Below are positions 1 through 12,624 of a stretch of 64,000 nt of DNA, one piece after another; positions within the stretch are counted from its first letter, which is position 1; the number at the start of each line of letters is the position of its first letter. Position numbers and translations under genes: made by a program. The notes beneath the pieces were generated by a model, which was not told the origin of the DNA, did not search any database, and worked only from the letters and a program-made list of their open reading frames with translations. The stretch covers positions 111,352,001 to 111,416,000 of the forward strand of contig NC_043003.1 of NCBI RefSeq assembly GCF_006345805.1. The letters are read 5' to 3'. The DNA comes from Octopus sinensis (Eukaryota).

Positions 1-124
1 TTTTTTCTACGAATATGTGTTATATTATGTAGATCCTGAATATACAAAATCTAGTGCAGGAATGTGTTTTAGGAAATGGTAGGTTGGGGAATTTCTGAAA
101 GTCCAGTTCAGAATTTAAGAAATG

Positions 125-380
125 GATATTTTTTATGAAAGTCTCTACAAATATACCTCGAACTATGTAGATTCTGAGGACACAGGAACTTTTGGGGAAA
201 ACAATTGGAAGTTATTTTTGAGAAATGTTCCCCACCCAGGTGAAAATGACACAGATATGTACGACTTGTTCCGAAACACCCCCGAGTGGGAAACAGTAAC
301 CCCATTTGTTTTCCCGTAAAATTCCTATGTCCTCGCAATCTACATGGTCTGAGGTGTATTTGTAGTGAATTAAAAATATC
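125..380. repeat. Imperfect ~255-bp inverted repeat (fold-back/MITE-like or Helitron 5' region)
   Basis: 125-208 is reverse-complementary to ~302-380 (ctacaaatatacctc..atgtagatt..gaggaca.aggaa..gggaaaacaa). Inner arms tgttccccacccaggtg / cacccccgagtgggaaaca continue the pairing. Confidence 0.65.
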
Positions 381-479
381 AATTTTCGGAAAGTTATGAT
401 TATTCAAAGTCGGGCGGGGCAAAAATCTGTAGTTATGCCAATTTGTCTCCAATATCAAGTACACTCAAAAGAATATCTC

Positions 480-2146
480 TGTCCAGGGAAAGAGAGAGAT
501 AGCTGCAGAAAGGGAAGCATGTCAAGAAACGAACAATCTGTACAGTACAAGAGTCAGAGTACCTCAAAGTGATGAACAGAACGAAGAGCAGTTGCAATAG
601 CACAGAGAAGCAACTTCTATGAAGCAGCTTTCAATTATGATCCAGCAGATCATTATGCAGATAACACTAGCGTTTCCATTGGTGCAATAATCAAAGAGTG
701 CATACATTGTAAAGGAAAGTAGTCGCTGGAGACACCTGGACTGTGCTGCAGTGTTGGAAAGGTTAAACTATCTGCAATATCCCGACCTCCAGAGCCGTTG
801 AAGAAATTGTTGTTATCAACTGACCAAGATTCCAAGCACTTCCAAAACGAAATTAGACAATACAATGCTGCACTACAGATGACCCCTTTTGGAACCACAA
901 GTGATATAACTGAGCCAGGATTCATACAAACTTTCAAGGCCCAAGGTAAAATTTATCATCATACTGTCTCTCTACTACCTCTGTCAAATGAATCACGAAG
1001 ATTCCTTCAAATATATTTTATGGGTGATTCTCAACAAGAAAGGCAAGAGAGATAGAAGAACAATTCCGGCATCAGGATGAACATTGTAGTTTCTCTGCCA
1101 AAGATGCTGAATAACAACAACAGCAACCTGGTCAGTAGCTTCACGACTGTTTTTGAAACAATTCCACCTGACTCCATGGATTACAAGTTAGTTATAAGAT
1201 CACACAAGAAGACATCTGCTTAACATGGACGGGGGTTTAATGCGCCAACATCAAATGTAATAGCTGTGCTTTGGTTGGGAAACATGACAAGCGTGATATT
1301 GTCCTCCCTCTCTGAGAGAGCAGAATGACAGACACAGTCCAACTACAAATGGAAGCTCCCAAAGATACCATACAGCATTCTTCAAGCTCTGTCAAGATGA
1401 TGAATTTGCAACAAGACTGCTATACAATAAAGTTCCACGATTCTATACCTGGTACTAAAAGAAATGGATATGATGTGCACTTGGAGACCCACACATCGTC
1501 CGGGAATCAAGAAATCAGAACTCTTAGCAGAGTCTATGTTGTCCATCCCAACTACTCAGAGTACTACTATCTAAGGCTTCTATTACACCATGTCAAGGGA
1601 CTCACATCGTTTACAGCCTCACGTAAGGTGGACAACACAGTATGTCAAACATATTGCAAGGCTTGCCATCTCAGAGGTCTTCTGGAAGATGATGCAGCTG
1701 AGAAACATGATGGGTCAGAGTGTCTTCATTCCAAGTATACCTCCCATCTCAAATGATCTCCCCTTTCAGCTCAAGAGACTGCAGTTCCCTGTCAAACATA
1801 GCTTTGCAATTTCTGTCAACAAAGCACAAGGTCAATTTCTAAAGGTGGTGGGACTTAACCTCCTTCAACCTTGCTTCTCGCATGGCCAGTTGTATGTTGG
1901 ATGTTCTAGAGTTGGAGACTAAAAGAACCTCTACATTCACAGTGATTAACATGGCAAGACATAAAATACAGCATATGAAGAAACGATTACATGTATCGTA
2001 AGTCCATGTCATATTCAGAGGTGCAAAACCTGTGAGTGTTGAAGTATTACTATTACACTTTCACTTTTCGACTGACATTCGTGTGTACCAAAGTGAAGCA
2101 ATAACGCGATATATTCGCTGCCTGTTTGTGTGCGTGTGTGTGTGTA

Positions 2147-2191
<45 letters not shown>

Positions 2192-2489
2192 TGTGTGTGT
2201 GTGTGTGTGTGTCTCCTCTACGCACATCCTTTCATTGTTTATAATCTGTACCTGTTTTTTGGTTACGAAATAAGTTATACAAGCGTGTATTTAATTTAGA
2301 AACATATGAGCTGAAAACTTCCTTTACACATTTCACTTAACATCTATGTTCCATGACGGCATGGATGGCAGAGTTACGTAGACAGTTGGTATCCCAGCTA
2401 TTAGCAGTTGGGATCTGTGTAATCTAGGCAACGCCTTTAAATTTCATCATTTTCTTTGACACGGGCAACGCTGAGTATTTCTGTTAGCA
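480..2489 (+). mobile_element. Degenerate, internally deleted Helitron (RepHel pseudogene)
   Basis: Frame-shifted Helitron motifs: CIHC..CCSVGKVKL, FQNEIRQYNAALQMTPFG, FKAQGKIYH, FLQIYFMGD, TAFFKLCQDDEFATRLLYNKVPRFYTW, SRVYVVHPNYSEYYYLRLLLHHVKG..ACHLRGLLEDD. PIF1 C-terminus: KRLQFPVKHSFAISVNKAQGQ..FSHGQLYVGCSRV. Degenerate 3' end acgggcaacgctgagtatttctgttag at ~2461-2487. Confidence 0.9.
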
Positions 2490-2503
2490 TGTATGTATGT
2501 ATG

Positions 2504-2584
<81 letters not shown>

Positions 2585-2601
2585 CATATATATATATATA
2601 T

Positions 2602-2665
<64 letters not shown>

Positions 2666-2800
2666 GTATGCATGTATATTCGCTGCCTGTTTGTGTGCGT
2701 GTGTGTGTGTACGTGTGTGTGTGTGACGCTCTACGTACGGCTTTTCATTGTTTATAATCTGTACCTGTTTTTGGGATACGAAATAAGTTATACAAGCGTA
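2108..2800 (+). repeat. Local direct duplication (2108-2288 and 2676-2800) around a TG microsatellite
   Basis: tatattcgctgcctgtttgtgtgcgtg...tttcattgtttataatctgtacctgtttt..acgaaataagttatacaagcgt occurs twice, separated by the Helitron 3' end and a (TA)n tract. Confidence 0.8.
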
Positions 2801-2910
2801 TATATATGTATATATTTACTTTCATATTTATATATATATAAGTGTATATACATTACACATTATGCATACACACACACACACCCATATACATATATATATG
2901 GGTGTGTGTA

Positions 2911-2952
<42 letters not shown>

Positions 2953-4049
2953 GCACACAACTTTATATAATCTTTTCTTCTGCATAGCTAAGGCGTGCAT
3001 TTGTATATGTTTTCTGACATTATGCTTCCGTTCATTTTATGTTCTATTGGTAAACACATATAATATCCATACAAATGAACGTATTTTTTACTGCATTTTC
3101 TTCAAATGCATGTGTTAACAGGTACGAATAAAAACGAATTGAGACGCAGCACTTTAAATGGAGTTTTCCAGTTAAGTGCTGTGTGACTACTATGATGGTG
3201 TTCACATCTAAAAATATTTAATATTGTCGATGGCTACAAGAGCGAGTTACTTTCTAGAAAAAATTTAAAGATACATGTAAATAACTAAGCCACCCTGTGA
3301 CATCGACAATTACAAAATCTTTGTTGTTAGCATGTCAAATGTTGGTAGAAAGTATTTCCTGTGATGCAATCAAAAAAGAGACTAAGTGAAGCTTATTCAA
3401 AATACAAGGCGTTTCAACCCACTTTGTAAAACGTTTCGGTATCTGTATAAACTACAAACGTTTTGTTGGAGAAAACGTTTTAGAAGACGGTATTTTCGTT
3501 TCGATCTATGTCGCTGTTTACAATAAAGATTTTTGCAGGCAACTCTGCGCTATTTTGAACGAGCTCATCATTTCTTAGTGTGGATGAGTGTGCATATAAA
3601 GGACCGTGTATTTAACTACGTAGTCACGTTCATGTGTGATGTTGCTTTATCCACAGTAATCCATATATCATATAACAATGCTCAACAAATATGAATTGCG
3701 AAGTACAGTAATACACCTGATCGGATTACATTGTTGCTCGAATATTTGTCAATTGTCTCTGTGCTCAATTTCCTTTCCAATCCAGAAATTGGTCAGTTCA
3801 AACCAACCTGAATTGTTTTATGATTTTCTGCCAGTCTCCTTCCTCGCTTTCAACATATGTAAATCTTAAAGTGATGTGGTTGGACGGATTTAGTGTCTAT
3901 GTTAAGCATATAGTCACAGAAACCTCTGTGCCCTTAATTATAATTCTATTTCATACTATTATAAACCTCTATAAATAAATTTACCTAAATAGATCTATTT
4001 TATATGCTGATAGTTTTTACCCGCACGAATATTTCTCCACAACACCTCG

Positions 4050-4200
4050 TTATCACATCCAGCCTAAGGCGATGAGCTAACGGAATTGTGAACATGCCGG
4101 ATAAATTACTTAGAGGAATTTCCTAAAATAAGTGCCAGCTAAGCACCAGAGTCGATGCAATTGACTTAGCCGCTTCCGAGAAATGTTGGCCCTATACCCA
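4050..4200 (+). mobile_element. Highly diverged SINE fragment (family B)
   Basis: aaggcgatgagctaacggaattg...cttagaggaatttcc...ccagagtcgatgcaattgactta resembles the family B head and tail. Confidence 0.45.
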
Positions 4201-4519
4201 GAGTAACTAATTTGCTTGTTGCCAGATCAGTGACTGGTTGTCACTTATTTTTCTATATGTTGCTAGCTGGAACGAATTACTGCTATTTTTAGCAGACGTT
4301 TACCCATCACCAAGGATGAACATAAACAACTCGAAATCGTAAGGTATGATGGTCCTGTCGCTGGAAGATGGTAGTGGTTCGCTTCCCGGCTTGCAATATA
4401 TCACAGGTGCAGGTTGTATCTACCAGTCAGTTGGCTGAAGTGTCCATGTGGGTTTAAAATGTTAGTAACGCTGGTTCCGATGGAACAGCTATTTTGAAGT
4501 GGTAATGAACAATAATATG

Positions 4520-5030
4520 CGATGAAAATTCACAGCTTATTTTGCTGGGTAGGATGGAAAGTGTCAGCTGTCCACAACCAGCAGACTAAGATGACATTTG
4601 TTTACTGGTCATGCGTCAAAAACCCTGCCTAGAATTCTCGCTGTTCCAAACAATGCTAATTTTTTTGAGATGTTCTTCTTTCACACTTGCTCTAGTATCT
4701 TTTAACCATGTTGGTAGCTGAATACTGATACTTGCTACTACACCAATTACTATTGGTTTCATGTCTACTCTTCTCATTAACCACAACTTTCGTATTTCCC
4801 ACTTCAAAAAGTCATAGTTGTTTATTTTTTCTTCTTTTACTTTGTTCCTGCTGTCACCGGGGCGTCCTATGTCGATTATCATGCATTTTCTTTCATTGTT
4901 ATTCCGATGCCTGGTCAGGTGATCGCACTAAAATCTCCGGTTTCCTATAACTAGTCAGGTGATCGCACAACAATATCCAGTCTCCTGTATCTGGTCAGGT
5001 CATCGCGCTACAATATCCGATTTCCGCATA
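4520..5030 (-). mobile_element. 3' fragment of R4/Dong-like non-LTR retrotransposon (restriction-like endonuclease domain plus 3' UTR)
   Basis: ORF 4616-4882 (CMIIDIGRPGDSRNKVKEEKINNYDFLKWEIRKLW..PIVIGVVASI) matches the PD-(D/E)xK RLE C-terminus. CDHLTRHR/RKPDIV-like codons lie upstream. Confidence 0.75.
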
Positions 5031-5304
5031 ATCACCATCATCGAAATCAGCAGCAGCAGCATTAGCAGCAGCAGCATCCTCATCGGCAGATTTTTCTAAG
5101 CGACATTTCGGTGCGCCATTCAACCATGAGAAAAGAAGCTGTGTACAGATTTTCGTGTCAATCTGCGACTGACTGTATAGGTGTTTGGTTTCTTTATACA
5201 TCATCTTTGGAATAATTTTCTGTTGTTTAATATAGATGCAAGGATTTCTGCGAAAGACTCAGATTGAAGTATGTGCATATATTCAAATTACACATTCATT
5301 TAGT

Positions 5305-5338
<34 letters not shown>

Positions 5339-6309
5339 TATGTGTGTGCGTGTGTGTGTGTGTGTGCGCGCGCGCGCGCGCGTGTGTGTGTCTTTGCGTG
5401 TGTGTGCGTGTGTGTGTTTGTGCTTGATTCATTATGCTAATGCAGTTACTTATTTCTGCCAGATCATGTTTTTTGCTTCGTCACCTCCAATCCAAGTGAA
5501 AGTAAAATAATTCTGAAATACTCGTTAACAGATGGTGATGTTCTTAGCATAATACCTAATTAGCTTTTGCGCTAAAAAAAATGGCTAATGCCGATCTGCT
5601 CATGTACTCATACAATGCAGCATAGGACTTTCTATCTTTGATAAGTTCATCGCATATCACTCCGGTTTATAGTGTGACAACCTTTGTGAAGCATCCTTGT
5701 TATAAAACCCTATTTGCTAGCACTTAACATCTCATGATGTAGCAATTTAGTCGAAAGTGATAAGAGCTAATGTCATGACAAAGATAGTCGTGATGCATAC
5801 ATGAATATAAATTGTAATATCATTCTCGAAATACTTAAATTATCATATATTCTACGCCTGATGGATTATAATACGAGAGGTGAATTTCCTATAACGACAA
5901 TTTCTAGGGGATAAAATAGAATTAAGAAAGATCCATGAATTGTCAACGTATGAATACCATTATAATAGGAACTTATTTATGTTTTATGTCTACTTCAGAA
6001 TTAACTTTTTAGTTGGCAGTGAAAATAAATTGGAAACTAACTGCTCGAGAAAGAAAGAAAAACAAGAGAGTGAGTGAGAAAGAAAGAAAGATAGAGACAG
6101 TCAGATAAACAGACAGAGGGTGAGAGATAGAACAAGAGGTGAGACGTTCTCATTGGAGCAAGATGTTATATTGCGTAGATGGAACAGAAGGTGGGTAACA
6201 TAACCTGGAATTACCCTCAATAAGAAATAGAAATCTGAAAATGAAAGATTATTATTTGCATTAAAACGCTAGTCATAGAGTTGGAATGCAGGTAATTACT
6301 TTTTCTCTT

Positions 6310-6695
6310 TCACTTTTCTCTTTTACTTGTTTCAGACATTTGACTGCGGCCATGCTGGAGCACCACATTTAATTGAGCAACTCGACCCCGGGACTTATTC
6401 TTTTGTAAGCCCAGTACTTATTCTATCGGTCTCTTTTGCAGAACCGCTAAGTAACGGGGACATAAACACACCAGCATCTGTTGTCAAACAATGCTAGGGG
6501 GACAAACACAGACACACAAACATACACATGCATATATATATATATATATATATACATATATACGACGGGCTTCTTTCAGTTTCTATCTACCAAATCCACT
6601 CACAAGGCTTTGGTCGGCCCCAGGCTATAGTGGGACTGAACCCGGAACCATGTGATAGGTAAACAAGCTACTTACCACACAGCCACTCCTGCGCC
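6310..6695 (-). mobile_element. tRNA-derived SINE family A, near full length
   Basis: Reverse complement of ggcgcaggagtggctgtgtggtaagtagc...gttcagtcccact head, central (TA)n/(TG)n, and tail gcatggccgcagtcaaatg..gaaacaagtaaaag. Small internal deletion. Confidence 0.9.
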
Positions 6696-7624
6696 TTTTG
6701 TTTACTTTCGATGAAAATGATGTCGATATCGATATATTTGAACGGATAAATGTAGAGAGGAAGTATCTAACACAAGAGAAGTATCTAATTTCATAGTTTT
6801 ACTGCCCCACGGTTTCGAAGTATTGAAATGAATAAGCAAATAAATAAATAAAAATAAATTCAGAAAATGATGTGACAAATTGCTATGAGGAATAGTTACG
6901 GGACATAATCATTATAATATGATTCTACTATAGATACCACTCGTTAAATGTCTCAGAGATAAATATTTAAACCACGATTACTTATGTGCAAATTTAAGTT
7001 TATCCACGAGAGCAATAAAATCGTATGGTTCAGTTTGTCTTTCGGTCTCGTACATTATTTAGTCAGAATAACATATAGGATATTGCATACATTCAAAATA
7101 TCATGGAATATTGGTAATTATCATTACTTCCGAAAAAATATTGCATACCATTAAAAACTATACTAGCCAAACCATAGTAAGATTAGGGGTTACTTACGGT
7201 GTTTTCTTCCTTATGATCTCATTAGTGTCTATGATATAATGAACAATACGAGACTAATAATTTAAGCCAATATTAAAAGTAAACTTACTTGTAATCAGAT
7301 ACGAGATTTTTCTGTATATCGATATAAACGGGTGGGTGAAACAGAAAATTGCACGAAAGCATTATTACATACTTGAAATTTCTAAGTAGACATTATAACG
7401 AAAACTTACATATATTTCGTCATTCCAATAATTGTAATGTGAAATCAGCTATAGAGGTGAGTAATTTTATCCAGCACAAATTTCGAACATATATACATTC
7501 ATACACACTCCCCACTTCCTCTCTCCTTCTCCCTCTGTCTGCCTCTCTCTCATGCTCCATCTCATTCTCTCTCTCTCCTTATTCAGTTATTCTTTCTATT
7601 TATCTATCTATCTATCCTCATACA

Positions 7625-8581
7625 TTAGGTTGTCTTGAACGTTCTTGCGGAATTTTTGTTTTAAATGGTATATTTTCAAATTATTCTGTTGTGTCTGGGG
7701 AGAGTAATTTTTTGTGCCTTATTATTTAACACACTCACCGTTAAAATTTCCACTTATTTCTTATTTTCATTTTCCTAAAATTTCCGTTGCATGTTGCAAC
7801 CTTTTCAGTAGTTTTGACTCTGTCCGTTGTAGTCAAAACTATTGAAAAGGCTGCAACACGCAACGAAAATTTTAGGAAATTAAAAATAAGAAATAAATGG
7901 AAATTTTACCGGTGAGTGTGTTAAATAATAAGGCACAAAAAAAAAATGACTCTCCCCAGACACAACAGAATATGCTTCAACACAGGATCTCATATAAAGA
8001 AACTTGCAAACCAAATCCAAAAACGAAATATTTTAAAATTAATTTTCATTAAATTACTTTGACTTTATATATCTTTTTGAAGCCCGTGTTTAGCTCTAAT
8101 CATGTTACTATTTTTCTTTTTGAATAATTTGTCCATTTTTCCGGAACGTTGAATACAACATGCACAAAATGCAATTCAGCAAAATTTTTTTTCATTGCAG
8201 CTCAAGCTAGGCCGAAAAGCTGCTGAAAAAGCTCGCGATATCAAAGATGTTTTTGTTCCAGGAACCACTAATGAATGTACAGCACATTATGTGGCTCAAG
8301 AAATTTCGTAGCAGTGACGAGAGTCTTCAAGAGGATAAGCGTAGTGGTCGGCCATCGGATGTTGATAAAGATTAACTAAGAGCCTTAGTCGAAGTCAATC
8401 CACGCACAACTGTTCAAGAGCTTGCTTAGGAATTAGACGTAACGTTTACGATATTTTCCAACCACTTGGAAGAGATTCGAAAAACGAAAATAGGTGAACG
8501 ACAACCAAAGAAAAAACGCCGTTTTGAAGGGTCGTCTTCCCTTTCAAGCAACAAGAACCACCTGTTTCTCGACCGGATTGT
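7625..8581 (+). mobile_element. Mariner-type DNA transposon remnant (5' TIR plus N-terminal transposase), truncated by a PLE insertion
   Basis: TIR-like ttaggttgtc. Pseudo-translation KLGRKAAEKARDIKDVF..WLKKFRSSDESLQEDKRSGRPSDVD..VEVNPRTTVQELA..FLDRIV, ending just before the expected TCDEKW. Confidence 0.85.
7684..7970. mobile_element. ~287-bp palindromic MITE nested in the mariner 5' region
   Basis: Arms 7684-7819 and 7831-7970 are near-perfect reverse complements around an 11-nt loop, flanked by TA at 7682-7683 and 7971-7972. Confidence 0.85.
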
Positions 8582-8668
8582 GCTGATATACCCTCCAGCC
8601 GTCATCAGGTATCTTGGGGAAATTTGGAACTTGGGTTCCTATTCATAAGGTATTTTTCGATGTTGTTG

Positions 8669-8723
<55 letters not shown>

Positions 8724-8793
8724 CATTATATTGTTGTTGTTGTTGTTGTTATTATTTTTATTTTTATTATTATTACTATTATTATTATTATTA

Positions 8794-8838
<45 letters not shown>

Positions 8839-8895
8839 CATTATTATTGTTGTTGTTGTTGTTGTTGTTATTATTTTTATTTTTATTATTATTAC

Positions 8896-8926
<31 letters not shown>

Positions 8927-9303
8927 ACAACATTGGTAAATCGGGTATAGCTGATCATGTATGGAAAATGGAGATCCCACCGTCGGATGAAGTTAAAATA
9001 GTAGACAGAGAACACCACTGGAAAATACAAAAACTAAAAGAAGCGGCACATATGCTAGGACAGAACGACCTCCTAAGCAGTTCGAGTGCAGATATAAATA
9101 GCATATGGGAACCGGTATTAAGGAAAGATAGGAAAATATTAGATTTATAAGCCCTAAAATTCACTCCTTAATTGCCCACGGGCATACCATAAGAATGAGA
9201 ACCCAGGTTCGAAATTTCCCTAAGACACCTGATGAAGGCTGGAGGGATAACAACAAACAAGATGAGGACAAATATCCGTCAAATGTAAATAATATAAATA
9301 AAG
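8582..9303 (+). mobile_element. Poseidon/Penelope-like retroelement 3' fragment with inverted terminal-repeat copy at its 5' side
   Basis: GIY-YIG C-terminus KSGIADHVWK..DEVKIVDREHHWKIQKLKEAAHMLG (8930-9150). Terminal repeat 9178-9303 (+). The same repeat is inverted at 8582-8665 (-), with an (ATT)n tract between. Confidence 0.85.
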
Positions 9304-9351
9304 TGCATGCTTAGTGGATAATTAAGATAAACATTAGTATAGATATTTAGC

Positions 9352-9421
9352 TCCAATACACATTTCACCATTGCAGCTATTTCGAGCTCTACATAGCTGC
9401 AACGGTGAAAGGTGTATTGGA
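9352..9421. other. 70-nt near-perfect hairpin
   Basis: Arms 9352-9380 and 9393-9421 (29 bp, 2 mismatches), 12-nt loop. Confidence 0.75.
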
Positions 9422-12349
9422 TGTTTCAAGTGACATTTCGATGTCTAAAGGCTATAGATCATTCGGAGAATACTTTTTACACTGCGTCACAGATTTAGAT
9501 ATTACCTATCTCTCTATCTATCTAGTTATATATCTATCTATAGATATATGTATAGAAATGTATGTGTGAAGGTGTGTCTGTGTGTCTGAGTGTGTGTAGG
9601 TTGGTGCCTGAGCGTGTATGCATACTTACATCATTATAATATCTCCAAGAATACGATTGTATTATATAGCTAGTGAATGGATCATTTTTGCAAATTTTAA
9701 TATATTTCAGGTATTTTTTTAGTCGAATCTGGGAAATGTTTACATTATATGGCTTACAGTTTGTTTCCATGACGCTTACGTAAGTAATGCATACATCACA
9801 GCATTTATGTTAAAACCCTTAAAGCTGTTTCATAATAATGTATGTATTTAGGTTATAGGACTGATAGCAAAGATGATCTTCAACTATGTGCTTAAAAATA
9901 AGTCAATACTTACTATGTATTTTTTCTCCTCATTAGTATGAAAATCCGCAACAGTTATTAAAAATCGATAAATCTATTTCTGCTTACGAATAGAAGAATT
10001 CGTTCTGTGTTCTTCATCTGTCAGAGTATTCAGTTGTGACCAATTATCACCTCACCTAACGAATGAATACGAATTTTGCTTTAAATATACCTGTATAATA
10101 TACAATGATGTCCGTTGCAGCGGAAGACCTGAAGTGCATGATCTTACGATAGATATATTCGCACACATACACATGCATATGTGTATGTGTGCATATTTAT
10201 ACACACATACACATACATACATATGTATATAAATATACGTAGACACACACGTATACGCGGACAAACACAAACGCACATACATATACTGAATGTTTTGCTG
10301 ATATCCTGATTGTAGTGTGGTCCATAAAAGTAAGCAATTTAAAAACAATTATATTGTATATAGCTGTCAGCTTCAGAATTTATAATTTGAGTAAGAACAA
10401 AGACTTATAAATAGCACATTGTAATATAATTTAGTTTAGAGGCGTTGTTGTATTTTATATTCAGTAGAAATTTATGAAAGCTGTCGACAATTTTACAGCG
10501 TCTTACAAAATTTGTTGTGTAATTGAATGTACGAACGAAATTTTGGCCTGAATCATCCTCATGTAGTTTATTGCTTAAACATTTAAATTCTTCTTCCTTT
10601 ATATAACACATGCCTATACAGTATCTCCTCTTTTCGGCTTTTACCATATTGATGTCCAGCAAAAGCACACCGGCAAACATAGTTTTCAAGGTATGTGTAT
10701 TCAGTTAATTCCCTTATACACTTGGCCGGTAAATATTTCATCAAACAGTTGGCAAGTGCAAAAACATAGCAACTGAAACTAAGAACGAAATGAGGAACAC
10801 ATCACATGACACCAGTCTCATCACACATCTCTTCTGATGTATTGCTACACTTATATATACCTATGCAAACTGTCACATTTCTCAAAAACCTGTGAATATG
10901 TCTCTGTAGCTATAAACAGGTTCGAAACATCATGTTAATTTCGAAAGAGATGAGCATTCGGATATTTTCTATTAATTATTGAAAGACTGAAATTTTCTTC
11001 GCGAACAAGCAGGTCACACTAAAATTAGAGATTGGATTTTATTAAATCAAATAAAATAAAATGAAAATAATAAATGGATAGTATTTTAAACACCAATCTG
11101 TCTGAAAAAGCAATCAATTTTGAAACATTTCCCAAGATGTATTTGAAAGAAAATCCATAACTAATTTATACGATGCTAAGTAAACAAGTAAACAGATGAC
11201 AGCAAAGTTATTACTTTTGTTATATTTCTTTTTAATAATCATCGTTAATTTTCCCAACAATTGATTTTATAATATGTTTCAAGAAGAAGAAATGTTTCCT
11301 ATTAAAAGCTGACTTGCAATATTTAATTCAAATGTAACATTTGGAATTACAATAAGAGATCAGCCTCAAAAGCACCAATACAACTTGAATTTATTGATTT
11401 TCTTCCCGTTCTATTGTAGAAAGAATTCGTTCCTCTAGTTTCTATAGAGAACATTTATTTCATATTTTTGTCATATAATATTGGTTGATTTGAATGCAAT
11501 TGCAATGTTAGCATAAACATTCTTTGTCCAAAATATACGTCTAAAATAATGCAATCAGAGACTGACAATAGACTCAGAATAAAGAGCCATGCTATTAATT
11601 AATAAACCGAGATTTAAAAAATAAACACTTTACATCAACTTTCGAAAACTAAGACCGAAGACTTCATTGATTTCACATAAGGTCTTTTGAGAAGACGGCA
11701 ATGGTGGAATGTGGCCGTCTTTATTTCAGAGTTGCATTTGTTTGACGAATGGCTTACATTAAAGCCGTGCATTTTAAATTACATCGTATAAGAGTTGTCA
11801 TAACCATATTTAAAACAAAATTACTCCATCATATTCAGAGTTGTTCTACTTTTACGGTTCAGTTCGTATAGTATATACTATGAGATGTTCATAATCATAT
11901 GCTAAGTAATAACTGTATTGAAATAGAGTCGATTGTGTGAGGTTACTGATGTATATTCTTTATTTTATAGGAGCTCATTATCTTTATGAAAGATATATTT
12001 CTTAATTTTCAATGTATACATCATTAGATACATTTCAGATATGTGTAAACATATATTAAGTGACATGTTTGCGGATAAGCTACTCTAAAACCATATCTGC
12101 TCATATTGTAACTGCTTCACGGATCCTTATTTCTAGTATTTGCTCAATTGGCTAAACATTTAGGACGGTATGTTCGATTTAATCAGTTACAGTTCCTTAT
12201 ATTGTAACGACTCAGAAGGATGGATGGAAATATAACAAATGCAAAGGTCAAAGTGAGGAATATTCAAGTGCCCACAGTAAAGAAATGGTGAGAGTCATAC
12301 TGTCGAGCACACTGTGGATTGCGTTATATTACACTATTTTATCATTTCT

Positions 12350-12397
<48 letters not shown>

Positions 12398-12419
12398 TAT
12401 ACAGGTGACATTCAGTTAT

Positions 12420-12496
<77 letters not shown>

Positions 12497-12525
12497 CTGT
12501 GTGTTTGTGTGTGTGTGTATGTATG

Positions 12526-12565
<40 letters not shown>

Positions 12566-12593
12566 TGTGTGTATGTGTGACATACGCATATTT

Positions 12594-12624
<31 letters not shown>

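Noticed and set aside
3130-3700. Possible Tc1-like remnant (ccaccctgt TIR-like word); similar word at 56538
   Set aside because: No matching second TIR and no transposase motif.
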